Positions 11,373 through 23,737 are shown, numbered from the stretch's first letter. The stretch is 64,000 bases of DNA from Alistipes sp. (GCA_045629905.1 JAZQSA010000019.1:2735-66734), one strand, 5' to 3'. Translations and numbers: made by a program. The notes: a model not told the origin generated them from the letters alone.

Positions 11373-12665
11373 CTTATTGAAGACGCGATTATATATGTAA
11401 TCCACATTCTTCAAATAGTAGTCGAGCGTAAAGCAACCGTCCAACTCCTCGCGAGTAAGCAACGACATCACTTTCTCGTTCTCGGCAAGCAGTTCCTGAT
11501 AGTCGGCACGCTCGGCCATAGCACGCATTGCAACAGGTTGCACGGTATCGTACGCCTCCTCGCGCGAAAGGCCCTTATCAATCAAGGCGTTCATCACTCG
11601 CTGTGCAAAGATAACCTTACGAGTGCGATAGATATTCTCCATCATCACATCTTTAAAGACAACGAGGTTATCCAAGATACCCATAAAGCGATTGAGCATA
11701 TAGTCGAGCAACTCGGTTGCATCGGGCAGGATAATACGCTCGGTTGCCGAGTGCGAAATATCGCGCTCGTGCCACAAAGCAACATTTTCGCACGCCGTAG
11801 CCATATAGCCACGCAAAACGCGAGCGCAGCCACAAATATTCTCGCTGCTAATCGGATTACGCTTGTGAGGCATTGCGCTCGAACCCTTTTGGCCCTTACC
11901 AAACGACTCCTCGACCTCGTGCACCTCGGTACGTTGCAAGTTGCGCACTTCGAGGGCCATCTGCTCCAACGATGAGCCTATAACGGCCAGCGTTGCGATA
12001 TAGTAGGCGTGGCGGTCGCGTTGCATAACCTGTGTCGATATATCGGCCGAATCGATGCCGAGTCTCTCGCAGACATAGTCCTGAATCATTGGCGGGATAT
12101 TGGCAAAGTTGCCGACAGCACCACTCATCTTACCCACCTCGACACCGCGAGCTGCGATGCGGAAGCGGTCGAGGTTGCGACGCATCTCCTCGTACCACAA
12201 AGCCCACTTCAAACCGAAGCAGGTAATATCGGCGTGAATACCGTGAGTACGGCCGATGCAAGGGGTTGCCTTAAACTCCTCGGCACGACGCTTCAAGACC
12301 TCCAAAAAGGCCTCTATATCCTTTTCGAGAATGGTATTAGCCTGTTTGAGCAGGTAACCATTGGCGGTATCGACAACATCGGTCGAGGTAAGGCCGTAGT
12401 GTACCCACTTGCGCTCCTCGCCCAGCGTTTCGCTCACGGCACGCGTAAAGGCAACAACATCGTGACGAGTCTGCAACTCAATCTCCTTGATGCGGTCGAT
12501 GCTGAACGACGCATTGTCCCACAACTTCTGCACATCTTCGGCAGGCACTACGCCCAACTTACTCCAAGCCTCCGAAGCGAGAATCTCGACTTTCAGGTAG
12601 GCGTCAAATTTATTTTGCTCGGTCCATACATTGCGCATAACCTCGCGAGAGTATCTTTCAATCAT
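11370..12665 (-). CDS. purB: Adenylosuccinate lyase
   Basis: [26 protein letters not shown]. Confidence 0.97.
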   Translation of the reverse strand: MIERYSREVMRNVWTEQNKFDAYLKVEILASEAWSKLGVVPAEDVQKLWDNASFSIDRIKEIELQTRHDVVAFTRAVSETLGEERKWVHYGLTSTDVVDTANGYLLKQANTILEKDIEAFLEVLKRRAEEFKATPCIGRTHGIHADITCFGLKWALWYEEMRRNLDRFRIAARGVEVGKMSGAVGNFANIPPMIQDYVCERLGIDSADISTQVMQRDRHAYYIATLAVIGSSLEQMALEVRNLQRTEVHEVEESFGKGQKGSSAMPHKRNPISSENICGCARVLRGYMATACENVALWHERDISHSATERIILPDATELLDYMLNRFMGILDNLVVFKDVMMENIYRTRKVIFAQRVMNALIDKGLSREEAYDTVQPVAMRAMAERADYQELLAENEKVMSLLTREELDGCFTLDYYLKNVDYIYNRVFNK

Positions 12666-12676
12666 ATCGTTTTGTT

Positions 12677-13528
12677 TTATTTGTTCATCTTTCGCTCAAA
12701 GCACTCAATCGTGTTACCCATCAACATCGTGATAGTCATTGGGCCTACGCCACCCGGAACAGGAGTGATGTGTGCCGCCTTATCCTTAACAGCCTCAAAA
12801 TCGACATCGCCACACAACTTACCTGTCTCGGCATCGCGATTTACGCCGACATCGATAACTATCGCTCCCTCCTTAACCATATCGGCCGTAATCATACGCG
12901 CACGACCAACAGCGGCAATCAGAATATCGGCCTTCGATGTAATCTCGGCGAGGTTACGCGTACGCGAATGGGCGATAGTAACCGTCGCATTGGCGTCGAG
13001 TAACAGTTTCGCCATAGGCTTACCGACAATATTGCTGCGACCAACAACCACCGCGTTACAACCTGCGACATTAAATCCACACTCCTCAATCATACGCATA
13101 ACGCCCTTTGGCGTACAAGGCAAGATACAAGGTTTGCCAAGCCACAAATTTGCAACATTGAGTGGGTGGAAGCCATCGACGTCCTTCTCCAAAGCGATTG
13201 CGTCGATAACCTTCTCCTCGTCGATATGCTTTGGTAACGGGAGCTGCACCAAGATGCCATCAACCGAATCATCGGCATTCAATCGGGCAATTTCGGAGAG
13301 CAGTTCGGCCTCACCCACACTCTCGGGCATCGTGATAAGTTGGCTATCGAAGCCGCACTCGGCACACGCCTTGATTTTGCCACGAACATAGGATTGCGAT
13401 GCGGGATTTTCGCCCACAAGAATCACAACAAGCGATGGCACGCGGCCATATTTCTCTTTGAGCGACACCACCTGTGTCGCCATCTCCTGTTTGAGTTTCG
13501 CGGAGAGTAACTTTCCGTCTATAATCAT
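12677..13528 (-). CDS. folD: Methylenetetrahydrofolate dehydrogenase/cyclohydrolase
   Basis: [28 protein letters not shown]. Confidence 0.97.
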   Translation of the reverse strand: MIIDGKLLSAKLKQEMATQVVSLKEKYGRVPSLVVILVGENPASQSYVRGKIKACAECGFDSQLITMPESVGEAELLSEIARLNADDSVDGILVQLPLPKHIDEEKVIDAIALEKDVDGFHPLNVANLWLGKPCILPCTPKGVMRMIEECGFNVAGCNAVVVGRSNIVGKPMAKLLLDANATVTIAHSRTRNLAEITSKADILIAAVGRARMITADMVKEGAIVIDVGVNRDAETGKLCGDVDFEAVKDKAAHITPVPGGVGPMTITMLMGNTIECFERKMNK

Positions 13529-13544
13529 AATATACTACCTTTAC

Positions 13545-14795
13545 TTATTTCTTAAATGCTCGGTGGCCTATATCCTTACGATAGAAGAGGTTATCGCACT
13601 CAATCTTTGCAACTTCGGCCATAGCCTTAACGTGCGCAGCCTCCAAAGTAGGAGCCGATGCAACAACAAACAAAACTCGACCACCGGCCGTTACCAACTC
13701 GCCGTCGCGACGCGCTGTACCCATATGATAGAGGCGAGCATCGACTGCCTCGGTATTGCGAATAACCGCGCCTTTGTCATAAGCACCCGGATAGCCCTTC
13801 GACGCAAGCACAATACCCAACGTCGCATTGCTACTCCACTTTGGCTCTACGGCCTCTGTTGCGGTTGCTATGGCGTAGAATGTGTCGTAGATGTCACTCT
13901 CAATAAGTGGCAAAACAACCTCGGTCTCGGGGTCGCCAAAACGAGCATTGAACTCGATAACCTTGATACCATCAGCCGTCTTCATCAGACCTCCGTACAG
14001 AACGCCACTCAACGCAACGCCCTCCTCGACCATAGCCGCTGCCGTAGGTCGCATAATATACTCCATTGCGTAGGCCAAATCCTCGTCGGTGATAAACGGC
14101 AAACGGGTATAGGCGCCCATACCGCCTGTATTTGGACCTTTGTCGCCATCAAATGCGCGCTTATGGTCTTGTGCCACAGGCATCGGATAGAGTTTATCAC
14201 CCTTGACAAAGCACATAAGCGAAAACTCCGGACCTTCGAGATACTCCTCTACAACGACGCGACCTTTACCAAAACTCTCGTCGAGCAACATATCGCGCAA
14301 CGCCGCATCGGCCTCGTCGAGCGTCATTGCAACAACAACACCCTTACCTGCTGCCAATCCATCGTATTTGAGGACTATCGGCGCGCCCTTCTGCTCAACA
14401 TAGGCACGAGCCTCGTCGTAGTTATCAAAGGCTTCGTATGCAGCTGTTGGGATATTATACTTTGCCATCAGTTGCTTGGCAAACTCCTTGCTTGATTCGA
14501 TACGGGTTGCACCCTTTGTGTGGCCAAAGATTGCAAGGCCCTCGGCACGAAACGCATCTACAACTCCTGCGGCCAACGCAGCCTCGGGACCTACAACAGT
14601 CAAATCAACACCCTTTTCAACGGCAAAAGCCTTCAACGACTCGACATCGGTATCCTTAATCGCAACACACTCGGCATCGGCTGCAATACCCGCATTGCCT
14701 GGTGCGCAATATATCTTATGGACTTGTGGCGAACGGCTCAACGCATCGACAATCGCGTGTTCGCGACCGCCCGAGCCAATGACTAAAACTTTCAT
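13545..14795 (-). CDS. purD: Phosphoribosylamine-glycine ligase
   Basis: GSGGREHA, GPNTGGMG, EFNARFGDPE. Confidence 0.98.
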   Translation of the reverse strand: MKVLVIGSGGREHAIVDALSRSPQVHKIYCAPGNAGIAADAECVAIKDTDVESLKAFAVEKGVDLTVVGPEAALAAGVVDAFRAEGLAIFGHTKGATRIESSKEFAKQLMAKYNIPTAAYEAFDNYDEARAYVEQKGAPIVLKYDGLAAGKGVVVAMTLDEADAALRDMLLDESFGKGRVVVEEYLEGPEFSLMCFVKGDKLYPMPVAQDHKRAFDGDKGPNTGGMGAYTRLPFITDEDLAYAMEYIMRPTAAAMVEEGVALSGVLYGGLMKTADGIKVIEFNARFGDPETEVVLPLIESDIYDTFYAIATATEAVEPKWSSNATLGIVLASKGYPGAYDKGAVIRNTEAVDARLYHMGTARRDGELVTAGGRVLFVVASAPTLEAAHVKAMAEVAKIECDNLFYRKDIGHRAFKK

Positions 14796-14802
14796 AGTTT
14801 TA

Positions 14803-14836
14803 CAAATTCAAAATGCAAAATGCAGAATTCAAAATT
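14803..14836 (+). repeat. Heptamer tandem repeat CA(A/G)AAT(G/T), about 5 units
   Basis: CAAATT CAAAATG CAAAATG CAGAATT CAAAATT. Confidence 0.75.
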
Positions 14837-14841
14837 GTCAT

Positions 14842-14967
14842 TTTTCACTTTTGGGAGAGGAGATTTGGCTTTGCCCCCCTTAATGCTCGGAGGGAGCATA
14901 CTTTGGCGTATGTGACCTTCGGACAGTAAGGGTAAAAGTCAAATATTCCTTCCAAAATGGAAAATTA
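14842..14967 (+). repeat. Rod hairpin element, copy B (abuts purH stop)
   Basis: GAGCATAC-TTTGGC-GTATGTGAC apex; ATTTGGCTTT/AAAGTCAAAT and TTTTGGGA/TTCCAAAA stems. Confidence 0.8.
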
Positions 14968-16497
14968 GTGCTTAAAGTGGCGCATTCCGGTAAATAACAT
15001 TGTGATACCGAGTTCGTTAGCCTTCTTAATCGAGTCCTCATCGCGAACCGAGCCGCCAGGCTGAACGATTGCCGTAACACCATACTCTGCTGCAAAAGCA
15101 ACGGTATCATCGAATGGAAGGAAGCCGTCCGATGCGAGTACAAGACCCTCGGTATGGCCTGCCGCCTGTGCCTGTTTGAGAGCAATTTCGGCCGAACCGA
15201 CACGATTCATTTGGCCAGCACCAACACCCAACGTTGCGCCATTCTTAACAACGGCAATAGCGTTCGACTTAACGTGCTTAACAATGCGCCAACCAAAGTT
15301 AAGGTCGGTCAAAACCTCTGCCGAAGGCTTTGCCTCGGTTACGCACATATCGGCAACAACCTCCTTGGTTGTGGTATCGAGTTGCTGAACAAGCAGACCG
15401 CCATTAACACTAATGTATTGATTAAGTGGAGCCTCCGAGCGAGTCATATCGACCTTCAACAGACGAAGATTCTTCTTCGCCGAGAGAATCTCCAACGCCT
15501 CTGCCGAGAATGATGGTGCCATAACGATTTCGAGGAAGATTGGCTTCATTCCGAGTGCGACCTCTGCGGTAACCTCACGGTTGAGAGCCACGATGCCACC
15601 AAAGATACTCTTCGTATCGGCCTCGTAAGCACGAGTCCAGGCCTCCAATGCATCTTTTCCGATTGCAGCACCGCAAGGATTCATATGTTTCAACGCTACG
15701 CAGAATGGCTCATCAAATTCGCGAACGATATTCAGCGCAGCATTGGCATCTTGGATATTGTTGTACGACAACTCCTTGCCACCCAACTGCTCGGCATAAG
15801 CCAACGAAAAAGACTTTGTTTGGTTATCGCGGTAGAACTTCGCGCTCTGATGAGGATTTTCGCCATAACGCAAGCCCTGCTGAATATCGAACTGCAAGAA
15901 CAACTTCTCGCTCAAACCTGCCTTGTCGCGCATAAAGGTTGCTATACAAGCATCATACTCGGCCGTATGGGTATAGGCCTTGGCCGAGAGCGACAAACGA
16001 GTCGAAAGCGTTGTATTGCCCTCGGCACGAATCTCGTCCAATATCTGGGCATAATCGGCAGGGTCGCACACAACAGTCACGTCGCGATAGTTCTTTGCAG
16101 CCGAACGCAACATCGACGGACCACCGATGTCGATATTCTCGATAGCCTCCTCCATCGAAACACTCTCTTTGGCAATAGTCTCGCGGAACGGATAGAGATT
16201 GACACAAACCATATCGATAAAGCTAATACCGTTCTCGCGCAATGCTGCCAAATGGCTCTCATCGTCACGACGAGCCAAAAGACCGCCGTGAACCTTTGGG
16301 TGAAGAGTCTTTACTCGGCCATCGCAAATCTCCGGAAAGCCCGTAACATCGCTGATACCAATGGTTTTAATTCCGCTGTTCTCCAACAGACGTTGTGTTC
16401 CTCCCGTTGCGATAATCTCCCAACCGAGGCTTTGCAGACCGCCGACAAACTCGACCAATCCACTCTTGTCGCTAACGCTGACTAATGCTCTTTTCAT
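14965..16497 (-). CDS. purH: AICAR transformylase/IMP cyclohydrolase
   Basis: RALVSVSDK, GRVKTLHP, LRYGENPHQ, GMRHFKH. Confidence 0.98.
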   Translation of the reverse strand: MKRALVSVSDKSGLVEFVGGLQSLGWEIIATGGTQRLLENSGIKTIGISDVTGFPEICDGRVKTLHPKVHGGLLARRDDESHLAALRENGISFIDMVCVNLYPFRETIAKESVSMEEAIENIDIGGPSMLRSAAKNYRDVTVVCDPADYAQILDEIRAEGNTTLSTRLSLSAKAYTHTAEYDACIATFMRDKAGLSEKLFLQFDIQQGLRYGENPHQSAKFYRDNQTKSFSLAYAEQLGGKELSYNNIQDANAALNIVREFDEPFCVALKHMNPCGAAIGKDALEAWTRAYEADTKSIFGGIVALNREVTAEVALGMKPIFLEIVMAPSFSAEALEILSAKKNLRLLKVDMTRSEAPLNQYISVNGGLLVQQLDTTTKEVVADMCVTEAKPSAEVLTDLNFGWRIVKHVKSNAIAVVKNGATLGVGAGQMNRVGSAEIALKQAQAAGHTEGLVLASDGFLPFDDTVAFAAEYGVTAIVQPGGSVRDEDSIKKANELGITMLFTGMRHFKH

Positions 16498-16499
16498 CT

Positions 16500-17069
16500 C
16501 TATAATAACTGTTTAATTGTTTCTACATAAAGTTTGTGTTCAATTACCTGGCCCATACGGTGAACCTCGTCGGCATCGTTGCCATCGTATTCAAAGGCCT
16601 TTTGTGCTATGATACGGCCACCATCGAGCGACGAATCGACCCAATGAATTGTGATACCGAATACCTTTACACCATATTCGATAGCCTGCTCCACAGCCCT
16701 TGCGCCACGGAAAGCAGGCAGAAGCGATGGGTGGATATTAACAATCCGACCCTCGTAGGCTCCGAGCAGCACTTCACCAACAATACGCATATATCCCGCA
16801 AGGCAGACAAGTTCGACCTCCGATTTATCGAGCAGACGCACTATCTCGCGCTCATAATCGGCCTTCGAAGCATACTCTTTTGGCGCAAACGCAAAGGTCG
16901 GAACTCCGTGTTGTTTGGCTCGTTCAATGCATTGCGCATTAGGCTTATCGCAGACCAATAACACTACACGGGCCTCTAATTCGCCTCGCTCACACGCCGA
17001 GACTATCGCCTCGAAGTTGGTACCCTCACCACTCGCGAATACCGCTATATTGTGCATCGCTTTACTCAA
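16500..17069 (-). CDS. purN: Phosphoribosylglycinamide formyltransferase
   Basis: [26 protein letters not shown]. Confidence 0.96.
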   Translation of the reverse strand: MSKAMHNIAVFASGEGTNFEAIVSACERGELEARVVLLVCDKPNAQCIERAKQHGVPTFAFAPKEYASKADYEREIVRLLDKSEVELVCLAGYMRIVGEVLLGAYEGRIVNIHPSLLPAFRGARAVEQAIEYGVKVFGITIHWVDSSLDGGRIIAQKAFEYDGNDADEVHRMGQVIEHKLYVETIKQLL

Positions 17070-18087
17070 TTACAACGCCCTCCGTATCGGTTACACAACC
17101 AATAATCGAGGCCTTTTCACCTGCGGCCGTAAGGATTTCGATAGCCTTTGCAGCCTCGCTCTGGTCGAGAACCACAACCATACCGATACCCATATTGAAG
17201 ATATTGAACATCTCGCGATGAGGCACACCGCCCCACTTCTCCAACGCACGGAATACAGGCAAAATCTCCCACGAGCCCTCCTTTATGCGAAGGCCTTGAC
17301 CCTCGTGCAATACGCGAGGAATATTCTCGTCGAAACCGCCACCCGTTATGTGGCAGATACCGTGAACGTCGCAGTTGCGAATAACCTCCAACACCTGACG
17401 AACATAGATTTTGGTTGGAGTCAGCAACACCTCTCCAAGTACGTTACCCTCCAATTCGTCGTAACGCTCATTCAAATCGAGTTGGTTGTCCGATACAATC
17501 TTGCGCACGAGGCTGAAACCGTTGGAATGGACACCACTCGAAGCGACACCGACCAACACATCGCCAACCTTCACCTTGCTGCCATCAATGAGCTGCGAAC
17601 GCTCTACAACGCCACAAGTAAAACCTGCAATATCGTAGTCGCCACCCTCGTACATACCGGGCATCTCGGCCGTCTCGCCACCAATAAGCGCGCAACCTGC
17701 CTGACGGCAACCCTCGGCAACACCTGCAACAATGGCCTCAACCTTTGTTGGGATATTGTGGCCAAGAGCCACATAGTCGAGGAAGAACAATGGCTCTGCA
17801 CCTTGCGCCAAGACATCGTTCACACACATCGCCACAGCATCGATACCGATAGTATCGTGCTTATCCATCGCAAACGCGAGTTTCAGTTTTGTACCAACAC
17901 CATCGGTACCGCTAACCAATACCGGCTCTTTGACACCAAGCGATGCGAGGTCAAACATACCTCCAAAGGCTCCGATATTGCCCATCACACCCTTACGAGC
18001 GGTCGATGCAACGTGTTGTTTAATACGGCGTACCACCTCGTAACCTGCTTCGAGATTTACACCAGCTTTTTCGTAATTTACTGCCAT
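17062..18087 (-). CDS. purM: AIR synthetase
   Basis: [30 protein letters not shown]. Confidence 0.98.
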   Translation of the reverse strand: MAVNYEKAGVNLEAGYEVVRRIKQHVASTARKGVMGNIGAFGGMFDLASLGVKEPVLVSGTDGVGTKLKLAFAMDKHDTIGIDAVAMCVNDVLAQGAEPLFFLDYVALGHNIPTKVEAIVAGVAEGCRQAGCALIGGETAEMPGMYEGGDYDIAGFTCGVVERSQLIDGSKVKVGDVLVGVASSGVHSNGFSLVRKIVSDNQLDLNERYDELEGNVLGEVLLTPTKIYVRQVLEVIRNCDVHGICHITGGGFDENIPRVLHEGQGLRIKEGSWEILPVFRALEKWGGVPHREMFNIFNMGIGMVVVLDQSEAAKAIEILTAAGEKASIIGCVTDTEGVVIE

Positions 18088-18110
18088 ATCTTTTGCTATT
18101 TTATTGTTTG

Positions 18111-19475
18111 CTATTTATTAACCTCCTCTATTGATTGAAATAGAGGTGTTGGGTATTGACCATTGAAGCAAGCCAAACACATATCGTTACGATTAGGCGC
18201 CGAGGCTAACGTCGATTCGTACGACAAGAAGGCCAACGAATCGGCTCCAATAGCTTCACAAGCCTCCTCGACCGACATACGCGCCAACATCAACTCGTCG
18301 AGCGTCGAGGTATCGACACCATAAAAACACGGGTGGGTCATCGTTGGGCTGGCGATACGAACGTGGACCTCTGTTGCACCTGCAAAGCGCAGCATATCGA
18401 CAATGCGACGCGAGGTCGTACCACGAACAATCGAATCATCGACCAACACAACACGTTTTCCGTTTACAATCGAACGCACAGGCGAGAGTTTCATTCGCAC
18501 TCCCTTATCGCGCAGCGCTTGCGATGGCTGGATAAACGTGCGGCCCACATATTTATTCTTAATAAGGCCCATCTCGCACGGAAGCCCACTCGCCTCGCTA
18601 TAACCTTGCGCAGCGCTCAAACTCGAATCGGGAACACCCACAACAATATCGGCCTCGGCCGGTGCCTCCTTATACAAACGACGGCCCGACTCTTTGCGAT
18701 AGGCGTGCACATTACACCCCTCGATATCGCTATCGGGACGTGCAAAATAGATATACTCCATAGCGCACATCTTGCACTTGCGCTCCTCGGCATAGAACGA
18801 CGAACGAATACCCTTCTTGTCGATAGTAACAATCTCGCCAGGGGCTACATCGCGCACAAACTCCGCTCCGATTGTGTCGAACACACAAGTTTCGCTACTT
18901 ACAATATAACCATCGCCAATACGGCCTATCGAGAGCGGGTGAAAACCATAACGGTCACGACAAGCATAGATGCGATTTTTGGTCATAATAAGGAATGCAA
19001 AAGCACCCTCCAACTTATTCAACGCCTCGATAATCGAAAAGATTCGCGGCTCCGACGGGTCGTCCTTCTTGATAAGGTGTGCCAGCAACTCGGCGTCGGA
19101 ATAGGAGTGGAACAGCGAACCACAACACTCCAAAGCCTCCGTGAGTTGTTTTGCATTGACTACGTTACCATTGTGAGCCAATGCAAAATTACCGGAAGTA
19201 TGACGGAAAAAGAGCGGTTGAAGATTACTACCATCACGCGACGATATTCCCGTATAGAGAACGTGACCAATACCAATTCGGCCCTCCATCGATGCTATCT
19301 TACGCTCGTCGAAGACCTCCGACACAAGACCTGCGCCTCGATGGCACTTCATCTGCCCCTCATCGTCTACACACACCATTCCGCAACCCTCCTGACCACG
19401 GTGCTGCATCGTATGCAGACCATAGTACATTATTGACGAAACGTGCTCAATACCATATACACCTAATACACTCAT
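18111..19475 (-). CDS. purF: Amidophosphoribosyltransferase lacking the N-terminal catalytic Cys
   Basis: [26 protein letters not shown], Fe-S Cys motifs; N-terminus is MSVLGVYG. Confidence 0.93.
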   Translation of the reverse strand: MSVLGVYGIEHVSSIMYYGLHTMQHRGQEGCGMVCVDDEGQMKCHRGAGLVSEVFDERKIASMEGRIGIGHVLYTGISSRDGSNLQPLFFRHTSGNFALAHNGNVVNAKQLTEALECCGSLFHSYSDAELLAHLIKKDDPSEPRIFSIIEALNKLEGAFAFLIMTKNRIYACRDRYGFHPLSIGRIGDGYIVSSETCVFDTIGAEFVRDVAPGEIVTIDKKGIRSSFYAEERKCKMCAMEYIYFARPDSDIEGCNVHAYRKESGRRLYKEAPAEADIVVGVPDSSLSAAQGYSEASGLPCEMGLIKNKYVGRTFIQPSQALRDKGVRMKLSPVRSIVNGKRVVLVDDSIVRGTTSRRIVDMLRFAGATEVHVRIASPTMTHPCFYGVDTSTLDELMLARMSVEEACEAIGADSLAFLSYESTLASAPNRNDMCLACFNGQYPTPLFQSIEEVNK

Positions 19476-19493
19476 ATAATAAATCTCATTAAC

Positions 19494-22400
19494 CTACTTC
19501 GTAAAATAACTTACTGCATTCTCAAATATATTTTGGCAACGCTTGCCATCAATATTCTTGAACAAATTGTCGGCATATCGCTCCGTATGGCCCATCTTTC
19601 CGAGGATTTGACCATCACGACTGATAATACCCTCAATACCATACGACGAGCCATTTGGATTGTGAGGAGCATCGGTCGTAGGACGACCCTCCATATCGGC
19701 ATATTGGAATGCCACCTGACCAGCAGCAAACAACTCCTCGGCCATAGCCTCGCTCACAACGAACTTACCCTCACCGTGGCTGACTGCAATAGAGTGCAAA
19801 TCGCCAACCTCGAATGACGAGAGCCAAGGCGAAGCAGTTGTACCAACACGAGTTGTAACGATTTGCGAAATGTGGCGGTGAATATCGTTATGGAAGAGTG
19901 TAGGCGACGACTTGGTAACCATACCCAATCGACCATAAGGCAACAAGCCCGACTTAACGAGCGCCTGGAAGCCGTTGCAGATACCCAAAATCAGACCTCC
20001 ACGGTCGAGCAATGCGTGAACAGCCTCCGTAACAGCAGCATTATTCAACACGCTGGCGATAAATTTACCGCTACCATCTGGCTCATCGCCAAGTGAGAAT
20101 CCACCACTCAACACGAGAATTTGCGATTTGGCAATTTCATCGCACATTGTCGCAATCGAGGACATAATATCTTCGCCTGTCAGATTGCGGAATACGCCAA
20201 TATGAGTCTTTGCTCCTGCACGCTCAAATGCTCGTGCTGTATCGTAGTCGCAATTCGTACCCGGGAACACAGGCAGATAGACTCTAACCTCATCGACCTT
20301 CGGTCCATTATATGCAGGGGCCTTGCGCTCGCAATCGCCTACGCGACAAGGCTCACCACTCAAACCGCGAGCCGGATATATCTTCTCAAAGCCAACGCTA
20401 TTTGCCTTATAGAGTTCGGCCAAATCGAGAGCCTCGCCATTAACCGTAAGGCTCTTATCGACTACCGTTTCGCCAAGCAACAATGCACCCTCGATTGGAG
20501 CAAGCGCCTCAACCAAAATTGAGCCATAGTTATAATCAAAGAGTTCGCTCTCGGCCAACTCGACGCGTGCGCCAATCTCATTACCAAAGCTCATCTTCGA
20601 CAGAGCCTCGGCAACGCCACCAAAACCGATAGCATAGGCCGCAACCACATTGCCACTCTCAATCTGCTCGCTAACGAGCGTGAAGTTGCGACGCAGAGCC
20701 TCGCAATCAGGCGTATAATTAGTCTTTGGCGTATGCTTAACCAAATACAACTTATGACCTGCCGACTTAAATTCGGGACTGATAACAACCTTTGCATCGA
20801 CAGTTGTAATACCAAATGCGATAAGTGTCGGTGGAACTTTAATATCGTTAAACGTACCGCTCATCGAGTCCTTACCACCAATCGAAGGCAATTCCAACTC
20901 CTTCTGCATACGCAATGCACCGAGCAGAGCCGACATTGGCTTACCCCACGAACGTTCGTCGGTCATACGCTCAAAATATTCCTGATACGAGAAGCGCATT
21001 TTGTCAAATCGAGCTCCCGCTGCAACAACCTTCGCACAAGCCTCAACAACGGCATATTGCGCACCGTGATAAGGACTCCACGACGCAATGAAAGGGTTAT
21101 AGCCAAATGCCATAATACTTGCCGTCGAGGTCTGGCCGTTACGAACAGGCAACGTCTGAACAGAGGCCTGTGTCTCGGTACGCTGTGTGCGACCACCAAA
21201 TGGCATCAACACCGTCGAACGACCGATAGTCGAGTCGAACATCTCGATAAGACCCTTTTGCGACACAACATTGCGGTCGGCAAGCGTGTTGAGCACTTTG
21301 TCGCGCAGGGTTGCTCCTTCGACCTCACGCTTAAACGGATTACGCTCCTCGACACTGCCAATGCAGACTTTCGTATAGTGTTTTGCGCCAGCCGAATCAA
21401 TAAACTCGCGCTTCAAATCGACAATCTTCTCGCCGTGGAAGAACATACGCATACGCGAGTTGTCGGTAACATCGGCAACGTAAGTCACCTCGACATTCTC
21501 CTCGGCACACAGAGCCATCATCTGCTCCATATCCTTGCGCTCAACCACTACCGCCATACGCTCCTGCGACTCGCTAATTGCAAGTTCGGTCGAGTTCAAT
21601 CCACTATATTTCACAGGCACGCGGTCGAGATAGATGTCCAGGCCATCGGTCAGCTCACCGATAGCAACACTCACACCACCTGCACCAAAGTCGTTCGACT
21701 TCTTGATAAGACGCGTAACATCGGCACGACGGAAGAGGTGCTGAATCTTGCGCTCCTCTGGTGCATTACCCTTCTGCACCTCCGAGCCACACTCTTCGAG
21801 CGAAGCTGCCGTATGCTGTTTCGACGAGCCCGTTGCACCGCCGATACCATCGCGGCCCGTACGGCCACCCATCAACAACACGACATCGCCCGGAGCAGGA
21901 CTCTCACGACGCACATTCTCGGCCTTAACAGCACCAACAACAGCACCAACCTCCAAACGCTTGGCGACATAGTCGTCGTGGTAAATCTCGCGAACGTGGG
22001 TTGTCGCCAAACCGATTTGGTTACCATAGCTCGAATAACCGGCAGCAGCCTTGCGGCTAATTACACGCTGTGGGAGCTTACCCGGGAGCGTTTCGGCCAC
22101 ACTCTTATATATATCGCCGGCACCCGTCACGCGCATCGCCTGATAGACATAGGCGCGACCCGACAATGGGTCACGAATAGCACCACCGAGACAGGTCGAA
22201 GCACCACCAAACGGTTCGATTTCGGTTGGGTGGTTATGGGTTTCGTTCTTGAATTGAAGCAGCCACTTTTCGCTCTGACCTTCAATATCGACATCGACAA
22301 ATATACTGCAAGCATTATTCTCCTCGCTCACCTCCATATCGTCCAACTTGCCTATCTTGCGAAGATAGCGCGCACCTATGGTTGCCAACTCCATCATACA

Positions 22401-23192
22401 AAGGCTCTTTTGTTCGCGACCCAACTCTTTACGTATTTCGCCAAACTCGGCAAGCGCAGCCTCGAACTCGTCGCGCATAAACGACTCGTCAATCTTAATC
22501 TCCGTAATTTCGGTCGTGAAGGTCGTATGGCGGCAATGGTCACTCCAATATGTATCGAGGATACGCAACTCTGTTTGCGATGGATTGCGGCCCTCGCCAC
22601 GGAAATAGTTTACAACCTCGCGCAAATCGTCGGCATTCATCGCCAAAGAGTTTGCCTTGCAGTATGGTGCCAACTCCTCCTCGGTCATATCGGTAAAGCC
22701 CTCCAAAATACACACAGGCTTTACATCGGCCTGCTCGGAGTCGGAGAGAATGGTCAAATCCTTTTCACGCGACTCAACTGCATTGATATAGTAACGCTTT
22801 ACGGCCTCCAAATCGGCATCGCTAACCCCGTTGTCAAATATCAACAGTCGCGACGAGCGAATACGGACATCGGCCGACGGCTCTATCAGACGCACGCAAT
22901 CCACAGCCGACGAGGCACGTTGGTCGAACTGACCCGGCAGATACTCGACAGCCAGATATTTAACCCCTTCGAGCGAACATTCGTCCATCACACAATCGGT
23001 CACTACCTCTCCGAAAACGGCATAGCGGCAACGCTCAATCAACTCCTCCGTAAAGCCGAACAAGTCGTAGACATTGAGCAGACGCAACGACTCGATGTTG
23101 AGCGAGAGGTTCTCGTTGAGTTCGCGACGCAAGGCCTCTGCCTCGACACGGAACTCGGCATATTTTTCGACGTATATACGATAATTCTTCAT
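19494..23192 (-). CDS. purL: Large (fused) FGAM synthase
   Basis: YWSDHCRH, ETHNHPT, LGICNGFQ, MGHTER; start set at MKNYRI (23192). Confidence 0.95.
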   Translation of the reverse strand: MKNYRIYVEKYAEFRVEAEALRRELNENLSLNIESLRLLNVYDLFGFTEELIERCRYAVFGEVVTDCVMDECSLEGVKYLAVEYLPGQFDQRASSAVDCVRLIEPSADVRIRSSRLLIFDNGVSDADLEAVKRYYINAVESREKDLTILSDSEQADVKPVCILEGFTDMTEEELAPYCKANSLAMNADDLREVVNYFRGEGRNPSQTELRILDTYWSDHCRHTTFTTEITEIKIDESFMRDEFEAALAEFGEIRKELGREQKSLCMMELATIGARYLRKIGKLDDMEVSEENNACSIFVDVDIEGQSEKWLLQFKNETHNHPTEIEPFGGASTCLGGAIRDPLSGRAYVYQAMRVTGAGDIYKSVAETLPGKLPQRVISRKAAAGYSSYGNQIGLATTHVREIYHDDYVAKRLEVGAVVGAVKAENVRRESPAPGDVVLLMGGRTGRDGIGGATGSSKQHTAASLEECGSEVQKGNAPEERKIQHLFRRADVTRLIKKSNDFGAGGVSVAIGELTDGLDIYLDRVPVKYSGLNSTELAISESQERMAVVVERKDMEQMMALCAEENVEVTYVADVTDNSRMRMFFHGEKIVDLKREFIDSAGAKHYTKVCIGSVEERNPFKREVEGATLRDKVLNTLADRNVVSQKGLIEMFDSTIGRSTVLMPFGGRTQRTETQASVQTLPVRNGQTSTASIMAFGYNPFIASWSPYHGAQYAVVEACAKVVAAGARFDKMRFSYQEYFERMTDERSWGKPMSALLGALRMQKELELPSIGGKDSMSGTFNDIKVPPTLIAFGITTVDAKVVISPEFKSAGHKLYLVKHTPKTNYTPDCEALRRNFTLVSEQIESGNVVAAYAIGFGGVAEALSKMSFGNEIGARVELAESELFDYNYGSILVEALAPIEGALLLGETVVDKSLTVNGEALDLAELYKANSVGFEKIYPARGLSGEPCRVGDCERKAPAYNGPKVDEVRVYLPVFPGTNCDYDTARAFERAGAKTHIGVFRNLTGEDIMSSIATMCDEIAKSQILVLSGGFSLGDEPDGSGKFIASVLNNAAVTEAVHALLDRGGLILGICNGFQALVKSGLLPYGRLGMVTKSSPTLFHNDIHRHISQIVTTRVGTTASPWLSSFEVGDLHSIAVSHGEGKFVVSEAMAEELFAAGQVAFQYADMEGRPTTDAPHNPNGSSYGIEGIISRDGQILGKMGHTERYADNLFKNIDGKRCQNIFENAVSYFTK

Positions 23193-23196
23193 AGCA

Positions 23197-23664
23197 CTAA
23201 ATTTCTGATTCCAACACCTTTTGTGTTTGATTCTTACGATACTCAATAAGACGCTCTTCGAGAGCCTTATCGGTCAAAGCAAATATTGAAGCTGCTATCA
23301 GCGCAGCATTCTTCGCACCATTGATAGCGGTTGTCGATACAGGCACACCACCAGGCATCTGCACTATCGACAAAAGCGAATCAAGACCGCCAAGAGCCGA
23401 AGTTTTGATAGGCACACCTATAACGGGAACTGTCGTAAGGCCGGCTGTAACACCAGCAACGTGAGCTGCGCCTCCGGCACCGGCGATGATTGCACCAATA
23501 CCCCTTTCGCGAGCCGTCGTTGCATATTCAAACATCAGATGTGGCGTACGATGTGCGCTAATCACACGCTTCTCGTATTCGATACCCAACTCCTCCAATG
23601 TCTCGACTGCGGCCGACATCACACCCCAATCGCTGGTAGAACCCATAATAACTGCTACTTTCAT
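23197..23664 (-). CDS. purE: N5-CAIR mutase / AIR carboxylase
   Basis: IMGSTSD, SAHRTP, SIVQMPGGVPV. Confidence 0.97.
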   Translation of the reverse strand: MKVAVIMGSTSDWGVMSAAVETLEELGIEYEKRVISAHRTPHLMFEYATTARERGIGAIIAGAGGAAHVAGVTAGLTTVPVIGVPIKTSALGGLDSLLSIVQMPGGVPVSTTAINGAKNAALIAASIFALTDKALEERLIEYRKNQTQKVLESEI

Positions 23665-23697
23665 AACTTTCGGTTTTATAATGTTTTACAATTCTCC

Positions 23698-23736
23698 AAA
23701 AAACAAAAGGCCACCGCAACGCATAGTTGCAGTGGC
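23698..23736 (-). terminator. Attenuator-type terminator upstream of purE
   Basis: Minus strand GCCACTGCAAC-TATGC-GTTGCGGTGGC then CTTTTGTTTTTT. Confidence 0.82.
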
Positions 23737-23737
23737 T

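Noticed and set aside
20733-23249. 838-aa plus-strand ORF, and other long antisense ORFs (12009-13391, 27462-29420, 30624-32315)
   Set aside because: Shadows of clear housekeeping genes, with no recognisable motifs.
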